Origin: a virus
IMG/VR virus record: IMGVR_UViG_3300030099_006646
Coordinates: 64,001 to 128,000 of that record
Reading direction: 5' to 3' (one strand)
Length of the DNA: 64,000 nucleotides
The notes under the pieces are model-generated. The model was not told where the DNA came from and ran no database searches. It saw only the letters and a program-made list of their open reading frames with translations. The position numbers and the translations under genes were made by a program. Shown here one piece after another: positions 35,571-45,163 of the stretch; position 1 is the first letter of the stretch, and each line of letters opens with the position of its first letter.

Positions 35571-38500
35571 ATGTCACTTAAAGATCCCTCAAAATTTTTC
35601 AGCAACGACAAAGAGTTCAGAGACTGGACTTTTTTTAGTGTTCGCGGAACTGGCGGCAAAACAAACGGAGTCACTATAGGACCAGAAGGTAAAGTGGGCG
35701 CTTGTACTGGGATAACTTTCGAACAAATGAAAAAAATGTATGATGCATTTGGCGATATTGATTTGACAAAATGCATTTCATGGTCTTATAAGCTTCTCTG
35801 GGAAGCCGTGGAAAGACAAGTGAAACAATTTCCCAACTCTCCCATGTCAAAGGCGGGAAACAGCGGCTATATTTCATACTGGAACAAAATGGAGTGGTGG
35901 GATGGAATGGCGCACTTTGAACCCACCGAACGCGAGTGGAATCAAGAAGAGATCATCGATGAAATATTTGGGGTAAATGGCATGGGAGCTGCTAATGAAC
36001 TAACTGGTCGATTGAGCGTAGTGAGCGACGGCGGCAGTCAAATAAAGATACCCGGCTTATATGGTAATCTAAACTCTGGCGAGCAAAAACTTGTACGAAT
36101 AATGGAAAGTCTGGGCGGCGGGGAGACTTACCCTTCAGCAATGGCGAAACTCACAAGCGACCATCCCGGCTTGGCAAAGATGGTTCGCAACGACAAGATG
36201 GGAACGCTTGCCACCTACGGACTGTGGACCCGTAAAGCAGAGAATTTCCCATACAGAACATTTGTTTTTACTCCAATTCGCCGTCATAATGATGAAGCTT
36301 TCGGAGGTAGACCTTCTTTTGATAGACCTAAATGTCCTAAATGGCTTGATGCCTGGTGTCTAAAATATGTAGAAAAGGATTACTATTTTTGGTGGCATAG
36401 CTCACCAGTCGCAGGCGAACAGCATGGCTGGAGAGGTGCTCCATACAGAAAAGAAGCAAAAGGGGAAATTAAAGATTGGACACCTCGTAGTTATTCTCAA
36501 AGAAAAAGGAACATGGACCCTCTTGTTCAGCAGACTTTTGAATTTCACAGAGGCTGGGAGACACTTGATAACCTGACGGGGCATGGCAAAACTGGGGTTA
36601 AGGACACTTTTGCAACCAAGACGGATAAGTATAAAACTCATTATTCTGCTTACAATCCTTTTACGGACGATAATGGAGCCCCTTATTCGTCGAAAGAAGC
36701 ATGGAATCTCGCAAACGAGACAACAGGTGGGAATCCAAAATTTGAACAATGGGCAGGTGGCACTTGGAATGGCGGTGATTCCAACATTCTCTTATGGTAC
36801 GAAAATAAGATTACTAACGGCGAAAGCATGCTTAATATTGCCGAGTTTACAAGGGGTGCGGACGACCTTAAAGCAGCTTGGTATCCTGGCGGTTATCAAA
36901 AACATGATATTGAAACCATAATTCACACATTAAGGCATGGTCCAGGATTCGCCGGAGGCAGTCTGGAAAATAAAACTAAGCTTAAGCAATGGGTCGATGA
37001 TATTTTTGCAAGACAACTTGGCATGGGAAGAAACCCAAGTGATTTTGGCACCCGCGATGGTGAAATACCTGTTGAGAACGAAAAAATTAACATACTCCAG
37101 AAAGGCAAATCTTACCAAAATCTTCGATGGTATCTTTTAGATCCTGTCTACAAAGTTCAAGTTAATAGACCTTGGATGATGTGGTCAATGAGATTGGTTC
37201 TGTATATCATTGATTGCGTTAATAACGGAGTCTTTAAAAATCTACCAAAAGATGCAAAGCCGTTTTCAAAAGACTCAAAGTGGGGAAAATATTTCCTTAA
37301 GTTTCTTATTAATATTATTTGGCAAATGTTCGAGAAGTTCGCCAAGATTAAGAAAGCAGTTGATAATGCTCAAAAAGAGAATGATAAAGTAGATGCCAAA
37401 TCATCTGGAGTAGCTAAAAGCAAAAATGTTGCCAAACAAATAAGAAAAAACATGCAATGTTTCATGTTGAACTTGATTGATGAGTTTGAAAACTATCACC
37501 ATTCTTTTGGCTCTAAAGATATAAAAAATTATGAATTTCTAAGGATAACAGGTCCAAACACAAATATTTTTAATCTGATAGGCTACAAACCTAGAACTAT
37601 CAATAGGATGCTGAATATCCAGCCACATCAATTGGCGATGATGCAACCTAGAATCAAACTTTATAAAGAAAGAAAAACTAGAAAAGCTAACTCGAAAATG
37701 TTTGAAACTTATACAGTAGAAGTTGAAGGTCCATTTAGCACCCACACAAACACATCTACATTACAAACCATGCTCCAAGCGGGAGGTGGTCGTTCTATGG
37801 GGGCTGGTATTAAAGAAATTGTCTACAAAGCACACAGTGGAGATAAAGACTTTGATACCCCGCATACAACTGAAGTAGAAATTACTTTTATATTCAATAC
37901 ATTACAGGAGATATTTTTAAACTTTCCTTCTTTCGATCCGAAAGGAAAGGTGTCTTTTCCTTATGGAGTTGACCCTAAATATGCCTCGCTGGCTGGCTCT
38001 AATGACAAAGAAAAATTAAAAAGAATACCTGCTTCTTACGCAGAACTAGTATTTCCTATTAATACTAAAAATACTGATTTTCTTCAAGTTATATCCATGT
38101 CAGAAGAATCTGCCAATGTTATTCTTGAGGTTGGATGGACAACCCCCGAAGATATCAAAAAACTTAACGAACAAGATTCAAAGTTTTTTAAAAACTTAAA
38201 TGAACAATCTTTATTTAAATCTTATGTTTTGAATCCTTATGATTCTGAGTTTAATTTCACAAATGAAGGTCAAGTAGAGTTAATAGCAAGATATTACGGC
38301 ATAGAAAGGTCTTTAGAGGTAAATCCAAAAAATAAACTTTTTCCTGCCGCTGGTCAAGCTCAAATAGCAGGCAAAGAATCTTTAGATCAAAACCAGACAC
38401 TAAAGACCAACGTGGAAAAACTTCGCAAGTTAGAGCAACTGCAAAACTCTGGTAAAGTATTGACCAGAAGACAAACCTCAGATCTTGCCAATTTTAAAGA

Positions 38501-40292
38501 AATTATAAAAAGGGAAGTTTTGTATGCTAAAGCAAATCAGTATGATGATTACGTGCGTCATCAACTTTCTGACTTTCTATCATCAATTTTTGACGAGGAC
38601 AGAAATATTTATACTTGCGCCGTTCCCAAGGCATTTCTCGGAGCCCGCTCCGATGGAAATGTTTTAAAATGGTCTCCAACAAGAGATATTAATATGCTTA
38701 GAGACTCGCCCAGGACTGTTCAAAGAGGCGTCGGCTCGAAAGCAACAACTTTGAGCAAAGTCAAAGGAGGTATTAGCAAAGGAGTCAAAGAAAACAACGC
38801 AAATGTAGACGAAGAACAACTTAAACTTAAGATTGGTCAACTGAGGATAAAGTTAACACTTGAAAAAAAGACCGAAGAGGAAATAAAAAAAGAAATTCAA
38901 AAGTTAAGAGATGAGTTTGAAAAGTCTAAAAAAGTATCGAAAATGAGCAGTACAATCAAAAAGAACGCCACTGAAGCTTTGAAAAGCCACGGCGCAGGCT
39001 TTGATACTTCAAAAGATGTTTGGCCAATTCATTTTGTTTATTTTGGAGATCTTGTACAGGCAGTGTTTAGAGAGTCTTTTAAATCATATAAGTTTTTTGC
39101 TGGAAACATCGGTGTTGAGGACGATCTGGGACCCACTGAAAAACTCAACTATATCTTAGGAACTGTTCTTGTTCCTATCGTCAAAGGAGAAAATCAAGTT
39201 CTCTATTCTATAAACATTGCTGATATTCCATTGACTTTATCTCATTTTTCAAATTATATTGTAGAAAAGCTAGTCTCCCCACAGGCGTATAAAATGACTA
39301 GATACAACTTTATTCAAGGTCTTTTAAAAAGCATCTTAAGAGATTATTTCAACTCAGATTGTTTTGTAGGGCAAGTAGATATACAAAGAACTACTCCTCA
39401 AACTGTATTGTTCAGTATGCCTTCTTTTAGTAAAAAAGATAAAAAGGGAGATGGTACTGGAGGAATATGGAAACTGTCTGGTTTCAAGGGTAAGAAACGC
39501 GACCTTGGCAGGTCATATACAAAAAATACCTTCAAAGCTAGAATGCAACAGTTTGAAACAAATATCAAGGCTAACTCTAAAGATATAAGCAAGAGACCGC
39601 ATTATAAATATGTCTTTTTAGGATCTAGAGGTCTAACTAGACAATCTTACGACAGAAAATCTGATCTTCAAGATAACATACATCATTTTTATTTTGGAGC
39701 AGGAAAAGGATTGGTTAAAAATGTATCTTTCAAATCAGAAGAATTGCCACATCAAACCGAAGCTCTGCTTTTAGAAGGAATTTCAGCAGTGAATCCACAA
39801 GCAACGGCTTTTATCCCTCGATTGTTTAACTGTTCTTTAACAATGATAGGAAACTCGCTGTTCGATCCAGGTCATACTTTTTTTGTTGATCCCACAATGG
39901 GAACCATGATTGGTCAAACTGGCAGGAAAAAAGACAATGCAGGTATAAATGTTATTAAGGATACAGGACTCGGCGGCTATTTTTATGTTGCTTCTGTAGA
40001 AACCAGAATTGGACCAGGAGTATATGAGACTGTCCTTGAGGGCATCAAGACAGGTGTTGCCAAGAAAGGGGACAATAAACGACCGTTCTATCCAGCTCCA
40101 ACAGAAGAGATAAAAGACAAAGGGGTGCCGTATACTTCTCCTGAAAATGCTAGGGACAAAAAGCTAGGCGCAGGAAAAGGTAAAAAACCAAAACCTACGC
40201 CAGAACAAGCAGCAGCAGCAGCAGCTCAACAAGCTATGGAAGGGATATCAGGCATCGGAAAAGCGACGTCAGCCTGGACAGAACTCTTTTAG
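35571..40292 (+). CDS. large baseplate hub-like protein with unrecognised N-terminal region
   Basis: 1573 aa; PRIKLYK, LEVGW and C-terminal LTMIGNSLFDPG...GLGGYFYV hub-like motifs; position after LysM gene. Confidence 0.55.
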   Translation: MSLKDPSKFFSNDKEFRDWTFFSVRGTGGKTNGVTIGPEGKVGACTGITFEQMKKMYDAFGDIDLTKCISWSYKLLWEAVERQVKQFPNSPMSKAGNSGYISYWNKMEWWDGMAHFEPTEREWNQEEIIDEIFGVNGMGAANELTGRLSVVSDGGSQIKIPGLYGNLNSGEQKLVRIMESLGGGETYPSAMAKLTSDHPGLAKMVRNDKMGTLATYGLWTRKAENFPYRTFVFTPIRRHNDEAFGGRPSFDRPKCPKWLDAWCLKYVEKDYYFWWHSSPVAGEQHGWRGAPYRKEAKGEIKDWTPRSYSQRKRNMDPLVQQTFEFHRGWETLDNLTGHGKTGVKDTFATKTDKYKTHYSAYNPFTDDNGAPYSSKEAWNLANETTGGNPKFEQWAGGTWNGGDSNILLWYENKITNGESMLNIAEFTRGADDLKAAWYPGGYQKHDIETIIHTLRHGPGFAGGSLENKTKLKQWVDDIFARQLGMGRNPSDFGTRDGEIPVENEKINILQKGKSYQNLRWYLLDPVYKVQVNRPWMMWSMRLVLYIIDCVNNGVFKNLPKDAKPFSKDSKWGKYFLKFLINIIWQMFEKFAKIKKAVDNAQKENDKVDAKSSGVAKSKNVAKQIRKNMQCFMLNLIDEFENYHHSFGSKDIKNYEFLRITGPNTNIFNLIGYKPRTINRMLNIQPHQLAMMQPRIKLYKERKTRKANSKMFETYTVEVEGPFSTHTNTSTLQTMLQAGGGRSMGAGIKEIVYKAHSGDKDFDTPHTTEVEITFIFNTLQEIFLNFPSFDPKGKVSFPYGVDPKYASLAGSNDKEKLKRIPASYAELVFPINTKNTDFLQVISMSEESANVILEVGWTTPEDIKKLNEQDSKFFKNLNEQSLFKSYVLNPYDSEFNFTNEGQVELIARYYGIERSLEVNPKNKLFPAAGQAQIAGKESLDQNQTLKTNVEKLRKLEQLQNSGKVLTRRQTSDLANFKEIIKREVLYAKANQYDDYVRHQLSDFLSSIFDEDRNIYTCAVPKAFLGARSDGNVLKWSPTRDINMLRDSPRTVQRGVGSKATTLSKVKGGISKGVKENNANVDEEQLKLKIGQLRIKLTLEKKTEEEIKKEIQKLRDEFEKSKKVSKMSSTIKKNATEALKSHGAGFDTSKDVWPIHFVYFGDLVQAVFRESFKSYKFFAGNIGVEDDLGPTEKLNYILGTVLVPIVKGENQVLYSINIADIPLTLSHFSNYIVEKLVSPQAYKMTRYNFIQGLLKSILRDYFNSDCFVGQVDIQRTTPQTVLFSMPSFSKKDKKGDGTGGIWKLSGFKGKKRDLGRSYTKNTFKARMQQFETNIKANSKDISKRPHYKYVFLGSRGLTRQSYDRKSDLQDNIHHFYFGAGKGLVKNVSFKSEELPHQTEALLLEGISAVNPQATAFIPRLFNCSLTMIGNSLFDPGHTFFVDPTMGTMIGQTGRKKDNAGINVIKDTGLGGYFYVASVETRIGPGVYETVLEGIKTGVAKKGDNKRPFYPAPTEEIKDKGVPYTSPENARDKKLGAGKGKKPKPTPEQAAAAAAQQAMEGISGIGKATSAWTELF

Positions 40293-40303
40293 GTATTTAA
40301 ACA

Positions 40304-41638
40304 ATGGTTGAAGAATATTATGCAAAAAACAACTTAGATCCGAAAATGGCTTTTAATGAAAGGGCAATGTATAAAGAATTTGCCATGCAGGCATACGACG
40401 ATTTAAACTTGACAGACTTTCTTTATGGCAATCCTTTTTATGGAAAAATAGACAGAGAAGGATATGCTGTTATTCTTGATGAGTCTCATTTAAAGCAGTA
40501 CGAAACAGATACTACTTTATTTGGTTTAAATTTTGTTGTTGACGCTTTCGAAGATTTTAAGGTTAAGTTTATATATGAAGTAACAGAGAAACTAGGAATC
40601 GCTAACTACAGCACAAGATTCATGAAATTTCTACCTAAAAGAGCCTGGATTAGCGCACATCAAGAGTATCATCAGTATCAGAAAGACATATACTCTATTA
40701 TATATCAAACAATGTTCGGAAATAAAACCTTGCGAAAGAAGTATTGCAATTTTAAAAAGTTTCTAGATTTTTATTTTACTTCTATGGCTGGTGTAGCTAG
40801 GAACAGTCCAGTAACAAAGACAGCTTTTATGAAAAGCAACCTTTCTTCTCCTGGGGTTAGCGGATTAACTATAGACCTGTTTTCGAAGATTCGCGCAGAT
40901 GACGATTTAAAGAAAAAAGATTTTTTGGAAGATAAGTTCTTAGATTTTTTTATTAGAACAGCGATTGAGCATGGTCTGTCATTAGATGTTAATGTTCCTT
41001 GGCGACTCGTTGCTCGTTTAGACTCTCCGCATATGAAAAAATATATGAGACAAAGAAATCTAACAATTGAAAATGTCTTTGATAATGCTTATAATAGGGT
41101 ATACAAAACAGAATACGATGATTTTAAGCTTACAGCAAGAGAATATTACAATGGCATCGTTACTAATTTTTCTGAAGAAAGTTTCCCTGATTATAATAAA
41201 AAAGGAAAGATGTTTATAAACTCTATAAAAAGAGAATACGTTTCAGAAATTGATGTTGAAAATATGCCTGAAATGTTCTGGCTTGAAAAATATTTCCTTA
41301 TAAGAAATATAGAGAATGGAAAAACTATGTCAAGAAAAGAGCAAAAAGAAACAAACAAGAAGATTGGAAATTTCTATAGGAAATATGGCTTGAGCAAAAC
41401 TTTAGATATGGTAGAGAAAAGACTTATTAAACTTGACCCAACAGCCATTCCAAAAAACAGAAAAGAAAAGTTTAACTATGGAAAGCTAAATCCTAGCACC
41501 AACATCTACTCTGGAAAGCCAGAGAAAGTCATGGAAAAGAAAAAGAAAGATAAAGACACTTTCTCTACCACCACTAACATCCATACAGGACAAATCACTG
41601 GCGGCTCAACCAGCGGCGGTGGTTCTAGCTCGTACTAA
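40304..41638 (+). CDS. hypothetical protein
   Basis: 444 aa ORF; FYGKID, NFVVDAF, DVNVPWRLV; function not recognised. Confidence 0.7.
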   Translation: MVEEYYAKNNLDPKMAFNERAMYKEFAMQAYDDLNLTDFLYGNPFYGKIDREGYAVILDESHLKQYETDTTLFGLNFVVDAFEDFKVKFIYEVTEKLGIANYSTRFMKFLPKRAWISAHQEYHQYQKDIYSIIYQTMFGNKTLRKKYCNFKKFLDFYFTSMAGVARNSPVTKTAFMKSNLSSPGVSGLTIDLFSKIRADDDLKKKDFLEDKFLDFFIRTAIEHGLSLDVNVPWRLVARLDSPHMKKYMRQRNLTIENVFDNAYNRVYKTEYDDFKLTAREYYNGIVTNFSEESFPDYNKKGKMFINSIKREYVSEIDVENMPEMFWLEKYFLIRNIENGKTMSRKEQKETNKKIGNFYRKYGLSKTLDMVEKRLIKLDPTAIPKNRKEKFNYGKLNPSTNIYSGKPEKVMEKKKKDKDTFSTTTNIHTGQITGGSTSGGGSSSY

Positions 41639-41646
41639 GAGGATAA

Positions 41647-42831
41647 ATGCTATTTCAAGTATTAGATGACAAAGAGGAGTGCGTATCTGTATGCCTCAAC
41701 GGCAAGATTGTGCGCGACCCTTCGTTCGACAATCTTACCAAAACTTGGCGCTGGTTGCCTTCTATTGGCGATGCTGACGTGGAATGCGCTTTTCTTTATG
41801 CGAACGGCAAGAGCCTAAACGACCTTTGCCCCGAGGATTTAAAAGAAGAGTGGAGCGCTCTATTAAAGAAGTTCGCCGCATTCAACACTGCATTCAAGCA
41901 AGCTAGGATTGAAACTAGGGATGTTTGCCGGGACCTTCTTATACCCGACAGGTACTTCAAAGAACTTTGCTTCTTTAAAGATAAAATTTCAGAACACGTC
42001 TTTGAAAACTACGAGAAGCCATCCAACTATGACTTTCTTTATAATCTAACCAAAATCCTTGAAGAAATCAAAACACAGAAACTTAATATTGTTCCTTATG
42101 GCTTAGAAGACCGAATGTCTGCCATAAAGACGCGCAACTTCGCTCGAAAGTTAAAGCATCTTCAGCCCTATATCAACTATGATATCTTTGGAACAATCAC
42201 AGGACGCCTTACCACAAAAAGAAATAGCTTCCCTATTCTTACCCTCGACAAAGATCATCGTCAAGTAATTCACCCTAACAACGATGACTTCATCGAACTA
42301 GACTTTAACGCAGCCGAGATAAGGGTGTTTTTAGCCCTTGCAGGCGTTTCACAACCAAAAGAAGATATTCATACCTGGATAAATGAAAACGTCTTTAAGG
42401 GGCAAAAAACTAGGGAAGAAACGAAAAAGGCTGTTTTTGCTTGGCTATACAATCCAAAAGCATCCAACAAAAAACTTGAAGAACTATTTAAAAGAGACGA
42501 TGTAATTGCCAAGCATTACGATGGCACGCACGTTCATACGCCTTTCGGTCGCAAGATAGAAGTACAAACAGACAAGGCACTAAACTACATTATCCAATCA
42601 ACTTCTTCAGACCTTTTCTTGCGAAGAATGATTGAGATTCACAAGAAACTTAAAGGAAAAAAGACAAAGATTGCTTTTTGTATTCACGATTCGCTTGTTT
42701 TAGATTATAATAGGCAAGACAGAAAAGTGCTAGAAGAAGTAATCAACACATTCGAAGAAACAGACCTTGGAGATTTTAAAGTAAATGTCTCCACAGGCAA
42801 GAACTTCGGCAGATTAAGAAAGATTTTATAG
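41647..42831 (+). CDS. minimal family A DNA polymerase-like protein
   Basis: TITGRL, motif A ELDFNAAEIRV, motif B REETKKAVFAWLY, ALNYIIQS, motif C IHDSLV; only 394 aa. Confidence 0.8.
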   Translation: MLFQVLDDKEECVSVCLNGKIVRDPSFDNLTKTWRWLPSIGDADVECAFLYANGKSLNDLCPEDLKEEWSALLKKFAAFNTAFKQARIETRDVCRDLLIPDRYFKELCFFKDKISEHVFENYEKPSNYDFLYNLTKILEEIKTQKLNIVPYGLEDRMSAIKTRNFARKLKHLQPYINYDIFGTITGRLTTKRNSFPILTLDKDHRQVIHPNNDDFIELDFNAAEIRVFLALAGVSQPKEDIHTWINENVFKGQKTREETKKAVFAWLYNPKASNKKLEELFKRDDVIAKHYDGTHVHTPFGRKIEVQTDKALNYIIQSTSSDLFLRRMIEIHKKLKGKKTKIAFCIHDSLVLDYNRQDRKVLEEVINTFEETDLGDFKVNVSTGKNFGRLRKIL

Positions 42832-42837
42832 GTATAA

Positions 42838-43674
42838 ATGGAAACTATCATAGGATTAGGCAACGCAGGTTGCAACATAACAAAATTCTTCTCACAATAC
42901 CCTCAGTATGACTGTTATTACATTGATTCAGAGGCAAGAAAAGAAGATAACTTCCTTAAAATACCTAAGCGCACCACACACGAGAAATACGAAAGCTCAT
43001 TTCCAGTAAGGAAGGCAGAAGAGTTTCTTAAAAAAGCAAAATCACCCACCCTTTTGGTGATTGGTGGCTCTGGAACCATTTCTGGCTGTTCTTTGAGGCT
43101 ATTAGAGCTTCTAAAAAAGAAAAAGCCCCACGTTCTTTACATAAAGCCTGATTTAACCACGCTTTCAGCCGATAGAAAGCTACAAGAAAGAGCAGTATAC
43201 GGTATTTTACAGGAATATGCCCGGTCAGGTCTTTTAGAACGCATGTTCATCGTAGATAACACAAAGTTAGAAGAAGTATTAGGTGATGTTCCCATTATGA
43301 ACTACTATAACAACCTAAACCACTTGCTTGTATCTACAATCCACATGACAAACATTTATTCTAACACGAAGCCCTTGGAAACTAACTTCTTTGGGCTTCA
43401 CCCAACAAGCCGCATAGCCACATTTGGTATGCTAGACCTTGAAACATCGCAAGAGAACCTATTTTTTGACTTGGAGAACCCAAGAGACAAGACAATTTTC
43501 TATGCGATCAACAAAGAAAGTTTAGAGAAGGACGGAAGCCTTTTCAGAAAGATTAAGCAGCAAGTAAACCAGTTTTCAGACGAGAACACAAGTGTTTCTT
43601 ATAAAATCTTTCCTACAAATTACGACGATGATTATGTCTATTCATTGTCCTACGCTTCTTTTATTCAAAAATAA
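42838..43674 (+). CDS. tubulin/FtsZ-superfamily protein
   Basis: IIGLGNAGCNI, YIDS, GGSGTISG signature variant, IVDN. Confidence 0.75.
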   Translation: METIIGLGNAGCNITKFFSQYPQYDCYYIDSEARKEDNFLKIPKRTTHEKYESSFPVRKAEEFLKKAKSPTLLVIGGSGTISGCSLRLLELLKKKKPHVLYIKPDLTTLSADRKLQERAVYGILQEYARSGLLERMFIVDNTKLEEVLGDVPIMNYYNNLNHLLVSTIHMTNIYSNTKPLETNFFGLHPTSRIATFGMLDLETSQENLFFDLENPRDKTIFYAINKESLEKDGSLFRKIKQQVNQFSDENTSVSYKIFPTNYDDDYVYSLSYASFIQK

Positions 43675-43683
43675 ACTTTCTAC

Positions 43684-43711
43684 TTGAAACCTAGCTTTTA
43701 GGGATTATAAT
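43684..43711 (+). promoter_or_regulatory. sigma70-like promoter
   Basis: TTGAAA-N16-TATAAT upstream of SSB. Confidence 0.75.
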
Positions 43712-43812
43712 ACTACTGTGATGTTGATTCACGACAGAAGATCTTACGAAGAATATAGAGATTCAATCTTATTTTTAGTAAATTTAATAAATAAAATTTT
43801 TAGGAGAATATA

Positions 43813-44547
43813 ATGGCAATTGATATGAAAAAAATGAAAGCAAAGTATGCTGCTTTGCAAAATCGCGGTCGCGGTGGTGGCAATAAGAGTATGTGGTTCC
43901 GTCCTCAAGACGGCGAACAGGTTATTCGTATTGTGCCTACTGCTGATGGCGATCCTTTTAAGGAGTTTTGGCTCCATTACGGCGTTGGAAAGAACCCTGC
44001 TTTCCTTAGCCTGAAGCGTAACTATGGACAGGATGACCCGCTTGACGATTTCGTTCGCGCCCTTTATAACGAAGGAGACGAGGAGAGCATTAAGATGGCT
44101 AAAAGCCTCTCTGCTAAACAACGTTTCTTTTCACCTGTTCTTGTTCGAGGAGAGGAAGATAAAGGCGTGCGTATCTGGGGATACGGCAAGCAAGTCTATG
44201 AGCAACTGCTCAATCTTGTTCTAAATCCTGAATACGGGGACATTACCGATGTTGATTCGGGAACTGATCTTACACTTCAGTATGGCAAGCCTGCGGGAGC
44301 ACAATTCCCACAGACAAACCTAACTCCACGCCGCAAGTCTTCAAAGCTTGCTAAGACTACTGATGAAACTTCAACTCTTCTTGAGTCAATCCCTGATATT
44401 GAAGGTTCTTTTGACAAGAAGACGTTTGAACAAGTCCAAACTATTTTGGATGAGTTCATGGATCTCGAAGGCGATAACGATTCTGAAGGAACCAGCCAGT
44501 ATGGTTCCAACGCTATTGACAACGCGCTCGCAGATCTTGAAGGTTAA
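43813..44547 (+). CDS. single-stranded DNA-binding protein (gp32-like)
   Basis: IRIVP, VRIWGYGKQVY, YGDITD...GTDL, acidic C-terminus. Confidence 0.8.
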   Translation: MAIDMKKMKAKYAALQNRGRGGGNKSMWFRPQDGEQVIRIVPTADGDPFKEFWLHYGVGKNPAFLSLKRNYGQDDPLDDFVRALYNEGDEESIKMAKSLSAKQRFFSPVLVRGEEDKGVRIWGYGKQVYEQLLNLVLNPEYGDITDVDSGTDLTLQYGKPAGAQFPQTNLTPRRKSSKLAKTTDETSTLLESIPDIEGSFDKKTFEQVQTILDEFMDLEGDNDSEGTSQYGSNAIDNALADLEG

Positions 44548-44556
44548 ATAGTCTGT

Positions 44557-44616
44557 CCGCAGGGAGGCACGGGGTTACAGGTGCCTCATTTTTCACACAC
44601 AAAAAGGAATAAAATG
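44557..44616 (+). repeat. structured leader element, copy 1
   Basis: CCGCAGG-GAGGCAC-GGGGTTACAG-GTGCCTC...TTTT.ACACAC..GGAATAAAATG. Confidence 0.75.
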
Positions 44617-45096
44617 ACTTTAAAAGATAATCTAACAAAACTAAATGTAAATGAAGAAACTATGGTTACTTTTACCTTTGAAGAAGGTACAGATGTGTTT
44701 CATTTTAATGAAACGCATGTAGAGACTGCACTTGAAGAAACAAATGTAGTTGATAAATTAGCAGAAGCTATTACTTCTGGACTTGAAGTGACAACTGAAT
44801 ACGGACATAATCCTCTAACTCAATTGCGAGATTCAGAGCTTCTTAACGGCTATGAAAGAGGCACAGGTCAGTTTACAGATTTTGTTAGCTCAACAATTAA
44901 AGAAAACTTTTGGGATGCTGACCTTGTTTCGGAAAGCACGGAACGTTTTGACCACAAGCGAGGGTGGACTACCCTCTCAACAACACTTACAGCACCAGCA
45001 AAAGAGGTTCTTAATAACTCTGCTTATGAAACTGCTTTTGCTGGATGGACAGCGCAAGTTAATGTAAACGGTGGAACGTTTTCTTTTACTGTTTAA
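44614..45096 (+). CDS. hypothetical protein
   Basis: Probable start ATG 44614 with SD AAGGA. Confidence 0.7.
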   Translation: MTLKDNLTKLNVNEETMVTFTFEEGTDVFHFNETHVETALEETNVVDKLAEAITSGLEVTTEYGHNPLTQLRDSELLNGYERGTGQFTDFVSSTIKENFWDADLVSESTERFDHKRGWTTLSTTLTAPAKEVLNNSAYETAFAGWTAQVNVNGGTFSFTV

Positions 45097-45103
45097 ATAA
45101 AAC

Positions 45104-45163
45104 CCGCAGGTAGGCATGGGGTATACAGATGCCTTATTTTAACACACAAGGAATAAAAAAATG
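45104..45163 (+). repeat. structured leader element, copy 2
   Basis: CCGCAGG-TAGGCAT-GGGGTATACAG-ATGCCTT...TTTT.ACACAC..GGAATAAAAAAATG. Confidence 0.75.

Noticed and set aside
40205-40226. GCA trinucleotide run
   Set aside because: Short poly-Ala coding tract with no sign of phase variation
44581-44613. GTG start for the 171-aa ORF
   Set aside because: Lies within the repeated hairpin; ATG 44614 has a proper SD and matches the position of the ATG in copy 2
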